Assembly: GCA_029856435.1 (NCBI GenBank) | Contig: JAHQXB010000100.1 | Location: 1 to 40,287 of the forward strand | DNA: 40,287 bases | Reading direction: 5' to 3' | Origin: Candidatus Jordarchaeia archaeon | Lineage (GTDB): Archaea > Asgardarchaeota > Jordiarchaeia > Jordiarchaeales > Jordiarchaeaceae | Shown here: piece after piece, positions 1 to 9,692 of the stretch | How the letters are laid out: every line of letters begins with the position of its first letter | Numbering within the stretch: the first letter of the stretch is position 1 | Notes under the pieces: model-generated | Database searches by the model: none | Told to the model about the DNA's origin: nothing | What the model saw: only the letters and a program-made list of their open reading frames with translations | Program-made: the position numbers and the translations under genes

Positions 1-79
1 GAAAAATTCTTAAAAAAAGTTTAAATATCTCTCTTTACTTGGTTTTCGCATCAAAATCCGAAATATTTGAGGGAACCTA

Positions 80-520
80 ATGGTTGGTGAATCACCGAAA
101 GGCGAGTTTGCAGCACGTATACTCAAGAAAAAGAGCAAAAAGGCTAGGTGGAAGGACAGGTACTACAAACGTAGAATGCTTCACCTAGATGTTAAGGCAG
201 ACCCTCTAGAGGGCGCCCCTCAAGCAAGAGCTATCGTCCTCGAAAAAGTGGGAATAGAATCTAAACAACCAAACTCGGCCATTAGGAAAGCAGTCAGAGT
301 CCAACTCATTAAAAATGGGAAACAGGTCACGGCTTTCCTGCCGGGCGATGGCGCTCTAAACTTCGTAGACGAACATGATGAGGTTATTGTGGCAGGTATA
401 GGTGGTGCCAGAGGAAGAGCCTTCGGAGATTTACCAGGGGTAAGATGGAAAGTCGTTAAAGTAAATGGTGTGTCCCTAGAGGCACTTCTATCGGGAAAGA
501 GAGAAAAACCAATAAGGTGA
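80..520 (+). CDS. rps12: 30S ribosomal protein S12 (uS12)
   Basis: [20 protein letters not shown] and [13 protein letters not shown] motifs. Confidence 0.98.
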   Translation: MVGESPKGEFAARILKKKSKKARWKDRYYKRRMLHLDVKADPLEGAPQARAIVLEKVGIESKQPNSAIRKAVRVQLIKNGKQVTAFLPGDGALNFVDEHDEVIVAGIGGARGRAFGDLPGVRWKVVKVNGVSLEALLSGKREKPIR

Positions 521-604
521 AACCACCATCTAAAATATTCCAAATAAAAATCAAGCTTAATTTAATTAATAATAACCTAACATAAAAATGGGGCAAGCAT
601 CAAT

Positions 605-1171
605 ATGAGTGAAGTGAAGGTATTCGGGAAATGGCCCATTGACAATATTGAAATACGCGATATAGGACTAAGAGACTACATAAACCTCACACCAAAATAC
701 ATTCCTCACACTGGTGGTCGACACGAACAAAGAAGGTTCCTAAAATCCAAGTTAACCATAGTTGAGAGATTAATTAACAAATTACAAAATCCAGGGCGGA
801 ACGCCGGCAAAAAGATAAAGGCATTAAACATAGTCAGACTCGCATTTGAAATTATACATCTAAAAACTGGGCAGAATCCGGTACAAGTCCTCGTCAGGGC
901 GGTAGAAAATTCAGCACCCAGAGAGGAAACAACCAGAATTAGTTACGGCGGAATAGTTTACCACCAAGCAGTAGATGTAGCCCCCATGAGGCGCGTAGAC
1001 TTGGCGTTAAGATTCCTAACTGAAGGAGCGAGAAAAGCAAGCTTCGGCAACCAGAAGACTATAGAGGAATGCCTAGCAGACGAATTGATAAATGCAGCAG
1101 CCAACGACACAAAAAGCAGTGCAGTAATGAAAAAAGAGGAAAAGGAAAGAATAGCGGTGTCAGTGAGGTAA
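605..1171 (+). CDS. rps7: 30S ribosomal protein S7 (uS7)
   Basis: [21 protein letters not shown] and RRVDLALR motifs; follows S12. Confidence 0.98.
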   Translation: MSEVKVFGKWPIDNIEIRDIGLRDYINLTPKYIPHTGGRHEQRRFLKSKLTIVERLINKLQNPGRNAGKKIKALNIVRLAFEIIHLKTGQNPVQVLVRAVENSAPREETTRISYGGIVYHQAVDVAPMRRVDLALRFLTEGARKASFGNQKTIEECLADELINAAANDTKSSAVMKKEEKERIAVSVR

Positions 1172-1517
1172 ACAAAACTCTAAATATTTCAATTTAGGAT
1201 AATCTAAAAAGACTGCCTTCCAAAACCAATGAAAAAAGGGAAAACCCCCAATAATCAGAAGATAACTCATTCTTGAACCCAACTTTCGGAACCTACGATT
1301 TTGAATAATTGTGCTCCTACGCAGTTGTGTGGTTGCAACTTTACTGGCTTAATACATATATACAAGAGAGAACATGATGATAGATAGCGTGGAAACTGTG
1401 CTAAGAGATGCTCAAATCCGCGGAATGGGATTTAAACTATGCCAAACCTAATAAAAAGGGCATCTGATTCCCATTCTAAAGTTCCCAACAATGAAGGTAG
1501 AACGGCTCGGGTAGTTT

Positions 1518-1943
1518 TCAGCCAATGATTACATCATCAATCTGGAAATGTCTCCGCGCCAGCAGACGTGCGCGGGCAACATTCTTTCCCGCTTTTCCAA
1601 TGGCAATGCCCTTATCTTTAGGATCCACGTTCACAACCGCTACCTTTCTTCCGTTTCTTTTTTCAGTTATGTGAATAGATTTTATTCTTGCTGGAGCAAG
1701 AGTATTTTTTATGAAGTCCTCAGGGGTATCTGCGTATTCCACTACGTCTATGGGTTTCTTAATGAAATCCCTGACTCTCTTTATGTTCGTTCCCCGTTTT
1801 CCTATGGCCATTCCGATATCTCCCGGTTTTATTACAAATACTATTCTTCCTTCTTCCTCATCCACAATACAGTCTTTTACCACCGCACCTGTTATGCTCT
1901 CAAAGAGAGCTATATACCGGAGTTCTGTTGAGGTGAGTTTCAC
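1518..1943 (-). CDS. nusA: Archaeal transcription factor NusA (2 KH domains)
   Basis: GMAIGKRG and GIAIGKAGKN KH motifs; follows L30e; GTG start. Confidence 0.96.
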   Translation of the reverse strand: MKLTSTELRYIALFESITGAVVKDCIVDEEEGRIVFVIKPGDIGMAIGKRGTNIKRVRDFIKKPIDVVEYADTPEDFIKNTLAPARIKSIHITEKRNGRKVAVVNVDPKDKGIAIGKAGKNVARARLLARRHFQIDDVIIG

Positions 1944-1961
1944 ACTATAGCTTGCTATTTT

Positions 1962-2261
1962 TTATCCCTCCTTTAATTTTAGTATGTTTGAGTCACCAGG
2001 TTGCTCTACTGATAGGCATGCCACCATATGCGGTCTTCCGCATACGGAGCCTAGATCCCAGCTTGTGCCTGCATAGTTGTAGATGGGTATGTTGGAGAGT
2101 TTGCTATAGTAGAGTATTTCTTCCCGAGTTTCTTTAGGGCAGTTGGATGCTATGATTACAAGCTGGGTTTTACCCAGCTTTATTTGTCTTATTGTTTTTT
2201 TTGTGCCGAGGGTTACCTTTCCGGTTTTAATTGCGAGGTTTATTGCTTTATCGATGTCCAT
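1962..2261 (-). CDS. rpl30e: 50S ribosomal protein L30e
   Basis: KTGKVTLGTKKT, IIASNCP and LGSVCGRP motifs; ATG at 2261 preferred over GTG at 2267. Confidence 0.96.
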   Translation of the reverse strand: MDIDKAINLAIKTGKVTLGTKKTIRQIKLGKTQLVIIASNCPKETREEILYYSKLSNIPIYNYAGTSWDLGSVCGRPHMVACLSVEQPGDSNILKLKEG

Positions 2262-2263
2262 TT

Positions 2264-3457
2264 TCACTTCTCCTTAGCTTCTTCCCGCCTGGGATATTGA
2301 CCCATTAGTAGGTCTATTGCGCCAGTGCCTACAGGTATTAGTTGGCCTACTATAACGTTTTCGGTTATACCGCTTAAACTGTCTTCTTCTCCCTTTATAC
2401 TTGCTTCTATTAAATGTTTTACAGTTACCTCGAAGGCCGCCCTTGCAAGTACGCTTTCCTTTTCTCCGCTTATTCCGTGGCGTCCTATCTGCCTGATGTC
2501 TCCTGAAACCGTCATTAGGTCTGCTACTAACATTATGTGGCGTATATCTACGTCTAGCCCTTGCTCCTCTAGAACCTTGCTTGCTTCTTCTATTATGGCA
2601 TTTCTGGCGGCTTCTACCCCTAGTGTTTGCGCTACTTCATGTATATGATTTGAACTGGTTCTCGAAATATCAACTCCAGGGATGCGTAAAACTTCGGGTA
2701 GATTTGTTCCCTCAGAATACAAAACATACTCGTTTGAGTCCCTTTCCTTTTTGATAACGACCCTATCGATTCCTGCCACTCCCTTTAGGGTTAGACTTCT
2801 TGTTTTTTCCAAAAGTTTTTGTAGGTCCGTTAAGGTTTCAGATTCAGGCATTAGATAAATGGTGTTACCTTCAAAGGTCACTTCGCCTTTCTTGAGACCT
2901 TTCACCTTTTCCAGCACCATTTCTACTGTGATACCTTTATCTTCCAGCAATTCTGGATCTAGGTTAATCACAATTTGATGTGTGGCGAGGTCTATTTCTA
3001 CATTGTAGGCAACGTTCTCTATTCGGGTGGTTTCAATCAGCCTTGCCACCTCTCTGGCTTTTGCAAGATCGTATCGGTGTTCCTCATCCAAATGGATAGT
3101 CATCATGGGAGTTGCGGGATTGCGCCGAGCATCAACGATTTCAATTAGACGTGGTAAACCTAACGTTACGTTAAGTTCAGCTACTCCCGCATAGTGAAAT
3201 GTTTTTAGAGTCATCTGTGTACCTGGTTCTCCTAGACTCTGAGCAGCGACTGTGCCAACGGCTTCTTCAGGCTCTATTAAAACTTTTGAATATGCCTTCT
3301 TAACCTCTTCTATTATTTTTTTAACTTTTTTGGGGGTTAAATTATCCTCACCAATTTTAGCTTTCAAGGTCTTTTCAAGCTCATCAATCAATGAGTAAGG
3401 AAGAAATTCCTCCTTCCTTAATTCATCTATTTGCTTCGAGATTTCTTCAGCTAACAT
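2264..3457 (-). CDS. rpoA2: DNA-directed RNA polymerase subunit A'' (Rpo1C)
   Basis: AAQSLGEPGTQMTLKTFHYAG, LGLPRLIEIVD and SVLARAAFE motifs. Confidence 0.98.
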   Translation of the reverse strand: MLAEEISKQIDELRKEEFLPYSLIDELEKTLKAKIGEDNLTPKKVKKIIEEVKKAYSKVLIEPEEAVGTVAAQSLGEPGTQMTLKTFHYAGVAELNVTLGLPRLIEIVDARRNPATPMMTIHLDEEHRYDLAKAREVARLIETTRIENVAYNVEIDLATHQIVINLDPELLEDKGITVEMVLEKVKGLKKGEVTFEGNTIYLMPESETLTDLQKLLEKTRSLTLKGVAGIDRVVIKKERDSNEYVLYSEGTNLPEVLRIPGVDISRTSSNHIHEVAQTLGVEAARNAIIEEASKVLEEQGLDVDIRHIMLVADLMTVSGDIRQIGRHGISGEKESVLARAAFEVTVKHLIEASIKGEEDSLSGITENVIVGQLIPVGTGAIDLLMGQYPRREEAKEK

Positions 3458-3585
3458 TTTAAACCACTTACTGGTATTCCAATATTAAGGGATAAGCGTA
3501 ATTTTATATTCATTCTACCATCCAACATAATTACATGTAATCTTCCACTGCTTTCAATCGGCATAAATATTTTTCTTTGTATTGT

Positions 3586-6234
3586 TTATTCTTCCTCGCT
3601 TAGTACTTTTTCAATTATTACATCAATATTTACGGATTTGCCATGATCACTCTTAGAGGGGTCTACACCGTCCTCCCCATACTGGAATTGAATTATGCTA
3701 CCTGCCGCATTCCTTACCGTCCTATCATACTCTACCTTAATGTCCTGGAGAGCGTTTATCAGCCTTCTTTGCATGTATCCACTAGTGCTGGTTCTTACAG
3801 CCGTGTCTACCAGTCCTTCTCGGCCGCCCATAGCGTGGAAGAAGAATTCAATAGGAGTTAATCCCTTTTGGTAACTTGAACTAACGAAACCTCTTGCTCT
3901 CGCACTCAAGTCACCTTCTTCAAAGTGGGGCAGTGTTCTATTCCTGTACCCTCTCTGTATTCTGCTTCCTCTCACTGATTGTTGCCCAACGCAAGCAGCC
4001 ATCTGTGCAAGATTAAGTAATGTTCCTCTCGCACCCGTTTTTGCCATTATTACCGCATGGTTTTGCATACCAAGGTATTCGCCTGCTACATCACCAGCCT
4101 TGTCTCGAGCATTAGAAAGCTCTTGCATAATCAGCATTTCCAAGGTTTCCTCGAGAGTTCTGCCCGGAAGACTTTCAAGTTCTCCCCTTCTATAAGTTTC
4201 AATCAGTTCATTGACTTTAGCATTAGATTCTTCCAAAATTTCATTTATACGAGACAATGCTTCCTTCGTTATCTCTACATCGTCTATTCCCATCGTAAAG
4301 CCCTTAGCGGTTATTAGAAGAGTCAACATGCGTGTAACAGAATCAAGAAAGTCCCTCGCCTGATCCGACCCATAGTCCTTGACGATTCTGTGGAACAGGC
4401 TACCTGGTACTCCCGCCCCAAATGCGGCCTTATCAATAATGCCAGAGACAAGATTTCCGTTACGAACCACCACAAAATAGTCGTACGGGCAATTTTCTTT
4501 TAAGCAAGTATCGCATCTTTTACAGATTTTTGATTTGAAAGAAAGATTCAGGTCTTTAGGTAGAAGGACACTAAAAATCTGTTTCCCAGTCCAGAGTTCC
4601 ACTGGACTTTTAATAGCAGGAGGCGGAAGTTCAGTGCGACCCGCCACCAAGAGGAGGTCACACGTATCCTTTCTGTTGAAAAACATGTCCTTTTTTGTGA
4701 GCAAATAAGCTGCGGAAATAAAATCCTGAATGCCACCTATAATTGGACCTCCATAGCGTGGACTGAGGATATTTTCCTGAACCCTCATTAAGACGTAAGC
4801 CTCTGCCCGCGCCTCCTCTCCCTGAGGAACATGAAGATTCATTTCGTCCCCATCAAAGTCTGCATTATAGGGAGGACAAACACACAGGTTCAACCTAAAT
4901 GTTTTGAAAGGCATGACACGCACTTGATGAGCCATTATTGACATCCTATGTAGCGAAGGTTGCCTATTGAATAAAACAATATCTCCATCCCGAAGGTGCC
5001 GCTCTACAATAAACCCCACCTCTACCGTCTCAGCGATGGCTTTTCGATCCTTCACAAAACGAAGATCAATCCTTCTCCCATCACTACGTATAACATAGTT
5101 AGCGCCCGGAGTATTATCCGGCCCCCTAATAATCAGCTCCTTCATATCATCAATATTCCACTCAGTTATTCTTTCAGGTATTGTCAAAATTTTTGCAATT
5201 TCGACTGGTACACCGACCTCATTTATTCCAAGATTGGGATCGGGAGATATAACAGTCCGCGCAGAAAAATCAACCCTCTTCCCGGAAAGATTGCTTCTAA
5301 ATCGACCCTCTTTCCCCTTAAGCCTCTGCGCAAGGGTACGCAGAGCCCTACCAGACCTGTGTCTTGCGGGAGGTATTCCAGACATCTCATTATCAAAATA
5401 GGTGGTGACATGATACTGAAGCAACTCCCACAAATCCTCCACTATAAGTTGCGGCGCCCCCGCCTCAATATTCTCCCTCAAACGCTGGTTAATACGAATA
5501 ACATCAACAAGCTTGTGTGTAAGATCATCCTCAGAACGAACACCCGAATCCAAAGTGATACTTGGGCGAACAGCTACCGGAGGCACAGGTAATACGGTGA
5601 GAACCATCCACTCCGGCCTAGCATATTTGGGATTTATGCCCATTAAGCGACAATCACTATCAATAATCCTTTCACATCTATCCCTAACATCGCTCGGAGT
5701 TAAACGTATAGAACCTATATCAGTCTCCTCATAAAAGGTAGTAGGCTTCTCCAAACGAATCTTAAGCTGTTTCTCCCCACAATGGGGACAAGTACTAATT
5801 CGGGAAGCCCTCTTAATAACCTCAGCCGCAATAGCATCACTCAGAGTCCCCGTCTCCCTCTCGTATTCGTCCATTTGCTCCGTAAAGACTTTAATTTCGT
5901 CTTCAGGCAAAAGAAGACGCGAACAAGAGCGACAAGTAGCCCTCAAAATTTTTTGAAGAAGCTTAGCAAATGCCTCATGAATAACAGGCCTCGCCAACTC
6001 AATATGACCGAAGTGGCCCTGACACTCGCCGACCCTTGATCCGCATGTTTTGCATCGTCTGCCTGGTTCTATTGTTCCTAGTCTGCTGTCCATTAGTCCT
6101 GAGTCTATTGGGGCTCCGTCCTCATCGTAGGTATCGGGTGTGATTATTCTGGTGACGGACATTCTTCGAATTTCATCGGGTGAAAGTAGCCCGAATTTTA
6201 TCGAGTCAACGACTTTAGGCAGTCTGAATGCCAC
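3586..6234 (-). CDS. rpoA1: DNA-directed RNA polymerase subunit A' (Rpo1N)
   Basis: Catalytic NADFDGDEM motif and N-terminal Zn-binding Cys motifs; no intein seen. Confidence 0.99.
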   Translation of the reverse strand: MAFRLPKVVDSIKFGLLSPDEIRRMSVTRIITPDTYDEDGAPIDSGLMDSRLGTIEPGRRCKTCGSRVGECQGHFGHIELARPVIHEAFAKLLQKILRATCRSCSRLLLPEDEIKVFTEQMDEYERETGTLSDAIAAEVIKRASRISTCPHCGEKQLKIRLEKPTTFYEETDIGSIRLTPSDVRDRCERIIDSDCRLMGINPKYARPEWMVLTVLPVPPVAVRPSITLDSGVRSEDDLTHKLVDVIRINQRLRENIEAGAPQLIVEDLWELLQYHVTTYFDNEMSGIPPARHRSGRALRTLAQRLKGKEGRFRSNLSGKRVDFSARTVISPDPNLGINEVGVPVEIAKILTIPERITEWNIDDMKELIIRGPDNTPGANYVIRSDGRRIDLRFVKDRKAIAETVEVGFIVERHLRDGDIVLFNRQPSLHRMSIMAHQVRVMPFKTFRLNLCVCPPYNADFDGDEMNLHVPQGEEARAEAYVLMRVQENILSPRYGGPIIGGIQDFISAAYLLTKKDMFFNRKDTCDLLLVAGRTELPPPAIKSPVELWTGKQIFSVLLPKDLNLSFKSKICKRCDTCLKENCPYDYFVVVRNGNLVSGIIDKAAFGAGVPGSLFHRIVKDYGSDQARDFLDSVTRMLTLLITAKGFTMGIDDVEITKEALSRINEILEESNAKVNELIETYRRGELESLPGRTLEETLEMLIMQELSNARDKAGDVAGEYLGMQNHAVIMAKTGARGTLLNLAQMAACVGQQSVRGSRIQRGYRNRTLPHFEEGDLSARARGFVSSSYQKGLTPIEFFFHAMGGREGLVDTAVRTSTSGYMQRRLINALQDIKVEYDRTVRNAAGSIIQFQYGEDGVDPSKSDHGKSVNIDVIIEKVLSEEE

Positions 6235-6478
6235 CTAATCAACTCCATGTTAATATTAAAATTATCTTCGGGATACAAAAGTAGTAAATTTTTTACACAA
6301 CCAAAAATGAACCCCGCACAACTTATAAACTTTTCTTCAAAAGAAAAGCTACCCTAGGGGCATATAAACTTAATGTGTTTGCGTTACGGATTAGAGGGAC
6401 GCAAACCAGTTATGGGTGGTAGTTTTGTTAAATAATGAGTCTGGAGCTTTAATTTTTCTTCTCAATTTGTTAAGCTGT

Positions 6479-8299
6479 TTATAGGACGGTGACACTTTTG
6501 GCCAGGTTTCTGGGTTTGTCTGGGTCGAATCCTCTTTTAGTGGCAATGTAATATGCGAGTAGTTGTAATGGTACGATGTATGTGATTGGTGAAAATGGTG
6601 TGGGGGTTGGGGGTATACTAATTATTTTATCGGAGAGTTTTTTGATATCGTGGTCGTTTTGCTCTGCTATGCTTATGATTTTTGCTCCTCGTGCCTTCAC
6701 CTCCATGATGTTTCCAATTATTTTTTCGTGTGTTTCGTCAGGTGGTGTGATGAAAACTACTGGAAAGCCGGGCTCGATTAGGGCTATTGGTCCATGCTTT
6801 GATTCTCCTGCGGGGTAAGCTTCGGAGTGAATGTATGCTATTTCTTTTAGTTTTAATGATCCTTCCATTGCTGTGGTGGTGCTAATGCCTCTCCCTAGAA
6901 ATAAGAAGTTTGGCTTGTAGGCATATTCGTAAGCGATATCTCTTACCAAGCTTTCTTCCTTTTTGAGGGTTTTTTCTACAATTTTGGGGGTTTGCATTAG
7001 TCCCTCTCTGAGTTGGTCCACCTCTCTACTTTCGAGAACTCCTCTAATTTCGGCAATCTGTAAAGATATTAGGGCCAAGCTTGCAAGTTGTACAATGAAG
7101 GTTTTTGTTGCTGCTACTCCTATTTCTGGTCCAGCTTGTGTGTATAGAGTGAGGTCTGATAATCGGGAGATGGTGCTTCCCATAACATTGGTGACTGAAA
7201 TTATTTTTGCTCCATTGTTCTTGGCGAATCTCACAGCGTTTAGAGTGTCTGCGGTTTCTCCCGATTGGCTTATTGCAAGGATCGTGGTATCTTGGTCAAT
7301 AAGGTTGGTTGTGGATTCCTGAAATTCTGAGGATATTATTGCTTGACTCTGCAAAGCAGATAACTTGGAGAACATGTATTTTCCAGCTAACCCTGCATGG
7401 TTCGATGTGCCAGCAGCTGTGATGTACAATTTCTTTGAGTCATTTAGAGCTCTGGCTACTTGATCTATTATTTCTGGTCTTATCAGAAGTGTGCCGGTAA
7501 GTGCATGGGGTTGTTCATGTATCTCCTTAAGCATAAAGTGGGGGTATCCACCCTTTTGGGCCATTTCGGGTGACCAAGATATATCATATATTTCTGGTTT
7601 AACTACTACCTCACCGTTAATGGTTTCTACGTGTATTTTGTCGTAATTTATGGCTGCTATTTCTCCATCATTTAGTAATGCTATTTTTTTTGTGAATGGA
7701 AGAAGTGCAGTAATATCTGAAGCACAATAATTAGCGTTTTTGCCAATTCCAATTACCAAGGGACTCTCGTTTCTGGCGCAAACTAACACATTCGGCTCCT
7801 CTACATAAATTACAACTATTGCGTATGTTCCCCTTATTTTCTGCAGCGCCTTCCTAGTAGCCGTGTAGAGGTCACACCTAGTTTTTAATATGATTTCTTC
7901 AATTAGGTGTGGAATTACTTCAGTGTCCGTTTCTGACTCAAATCTGTGTCTTCTTTCCAAATCTTCGCGTAGCTCTAGAAAGTTTTCAATAATTCCATTA
8001 TGAACTACGGCTATTTTTTTGGTGCAGTCAAGGTGAGGATGGGCGTTAATTTTTGATGGAAGACCATGTGTAGCCCATCTTGTGTGTCCTATCCCTATTC
8101 TACCAGGAAGACTGTCTAAGTCCAGTTTTTGGTGAATCTCATCTATTTTTCCCTTATCTTTTTTTATACAGATTGAGTTTTGATGAATTGTTGCTATACC
8201 CGCTGAATCGTAGCCTCGATACTCAAGCCTTTTAAGTGCTTCATGTATGAGTGGCGAAACAGAACTATTTTTTTCAATGATGCCTACAATTCCACACAC
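6479..8299 (-). CDS. glmS: Glutamine--fructose-6-phosphate aminotransferase (isomerizing)
   Basis: N-terminal MCGIVG, GHTRWATHG, SQSGETADT and RNLAKSVTV motifs. Confidence 0.98.
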   Translation of the reverse strand: MCGIVGIIEKNSSVSPLIHEALKRLEYRGYDSAGIATIHQNSICIKKDKGKIDEIHQKLDLDSLPGRIGIGHTRWATHGLPSKINAHPHLDCTKKIAVVHNGIIENFLELREDLERRHRFESETDTEVIPHLIEEIILKTRCDLYTATRKALQKIRGTYAIVVIYVEEPNVLVCARNESPLVIGIGKNANYCASDITALLPFTKKIALLNDGEIAAINYDKIHVETINGEVVVKPEIYDISWSPEMAQKGGYPHFMLKEIHEQPHALTGTLLIRPEIIDQVARALNDSKKLYITAAGTSNHAGLAGKYMFSKLSALQSQAIISSEFQESTTNLIDQDTTILAISQSGETADTLNAVRFAKNNGAKIISVTNVMGSTISRLSDLTLYTQAGPEIGVAATKTFIVQLASLALISLQIAEIRGVLESREVDQLREGLMQTPKIVEKTLKKEESLVRDIAYEYAYKPNFLFLGRGISTTTAMEGSLKLKEIAYIHSEAYPAGESKHGPIALIEPGFPVVFITPPDETHEKIIGNIMEVKARGAKIISIAEQNDHDIKKLSDKIISIPPTPTPFSPITYIVPLQLLAYYIATKRGFDPDKPRNLAKSVTVL

Positions 8300-8333
8300 T
8301 TTTTTCCCCTCACAGTATCCTATAAGACCTTTT

Positions 8334-9692
8334 CTAAAAATTTGAGCCCACTTGGAATATTTGATAAGCGCTGTAGGGTTCTCGATCGGTTATCTCTCCA
8401 CACAGGTTGGTGGTCATTTGTTCGTATATTTCCTTCATGTTTTTTGTGTGCCCTAAGACGTAGATTAGTTTTACATAGGCGGTTTCGGGCAACATGTTTT
8501 TGCAAGGAATAACTCCAATTTTAAGGAGGTCTCTTCCCCGCTCATACACGTTCATACCTACGAATCCAAAGAGGCACTGGGAAGTCATGGCTATAGGGAT
8601 ACCTTCCTCCACTGCCCTTTTTAAAGGTTCTATAATTGTTTTGGGGCAGTGTCCCAAACCAGTTCCTGCTAAAACAATTCCATGATAATCTAAGTCTATG
8701 AGTTTATGAATAATGTCGCCATTCATTCCGGGATACGTGTATATTAGCGCCACTCTAGGGTCAAGTTGGGTGTCTAATTTAACTTCGCCTTTCTTTTTTC
8801 TTTTCCGGTAATCCTTTCTAATTATTTTTATTTCATTGTCTTTCACCAGTCCTATGGGAATATCTGCAATTGTGCGAAAAGCATCCCGCCTGCTGGTGTG
8901 CATCTTTCTAACTCGAGTACCTCTATGAATCAAATTATAGTCGTCGCTACTACTCCCATGCATACAGACAACCACTTCAGCTATGTCACTGAACGCAGCC
9001 ACCCTAGCCGCAGAGATTAAGTTTATCGCCGCATCACTTGAGGGGCGGTCACTGCTCCTCTGGCTGCCAACTAGAACTACTGGGACTGGTAAATCCTTTA
9101 ACATAAAGGATAGTGCTGATGAAGTGAAATGCATGGTATCGGTGCCGTGGGGAATGAGGATACCGTCTGCACCCGAGTTTATTTCTTTGGCAGCAGTTTC
9201 CGCAATTTTTATCCATTTGTCTGGTGTCATGTCTTCGGAAAATATTTCGAATAAAAGTTTTGTTTTCAGATTGCAGATTTCTGCAAGTTCGGGAACCGCA
9301 CTAAAAAGTTCTTGTGGAGTAAAAGCGGGAATAACAGCTCCAGTTCTGTAATCAAGTCTACTTGCCACTGTTCCGCCGGTGCCAATTAAAGAGACATTGG
9401 GTTTCTTGGGATCAAATTCCACTTGTATTTCGGGGATAGCGTAAAGGCCTGGCTTGTAGCCTAATTCTTTAATTTTTGTGTCTTCTGTGACTCTCACACC
9501 TATATTGTATCCAGTATCTAGTTTGAGTACTAGGTGCTTATCATCACCCATATCGCTTCTTGGGAGTAGTATCCCTCTATATGTTGCTTCGGGGGTAATT
9601 ACTTCGATTTCGCTCCAAATTCTAACTTTAGCGATCTCAAGTTTTTTCCTAACAAATCCCCAGTATCCTTGCAGCTCCTCCTTCACCGTCAT
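8334..9692 (-). CDS. gatD: Glu-tRNA(Gln) amidotransferase subunit D
   Basis: KLDTGYNIG, TGGTVASRLDY, HGTDTM and GSQRSSDRPSSD motifs; overlaps the gatE stop. Confidence 0.97.
   Translation of the reverse strand: MTVKEELQGYWGFVRKKLEIAKVRIWSEIEVITPEATYRGILLPRSDMGDDKHLVLKLDTGYNIGVRVTEDTKIKELGYKPGLYAIPEIQVEFDPKKPNVSLIGTGGTVASRLDYRTGAVIPAFTPQELFSAVPELAEICNLKTKLLFEIFSEDMTPDKWIKIAETAAKEINSGADGILIPHGTDTMHFTSSALSFMLKDLPVPVVLVGSQRSSDRPSSDAAINLISAARVAAFSDIAEVVVCMHGSSSDDYNLIHRGTRVRKMHTSRRDAFRTIADIPIGLVKDNEIKIIRKDYRKRKKKGEVKLDTQLDPRVALIYTYPGMNGDIIHKLIDLDYHGIVLAGTGLGHCPKTIIEPLKRAVEEGIPIAMTSQCLFGFVGMNVYERGRDLLKIGVIPCKNMLPETAYVKLIYVLGHTKNMKEIYEQMTTNLCGEITDREPYSAYQIFQVGSNF

Noticed and set aside
1374-1467. 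Canonical box C/D guide sRNA, or a 25-aa ORF (MMIDSVETVLRDAQIRGMGFKLCQT)
   Set aside because: The C-to-D distance (about 90 nt) is long and no convincing C'/D' boxes were found; the peptide has no recognisable similarity.
3586-6234. Inteins or in-frame introns in rpoA1, rpoA2, elp3 or glmS
   Set aside because: Lengths and motif spacing look normal; no insertion was seen by eye.
8300-8333. glmS ribozyme
   Set aside because: Only 34 nt separate gatD from glmS, and the ribozyme is a bacterial 5'-UTR element.
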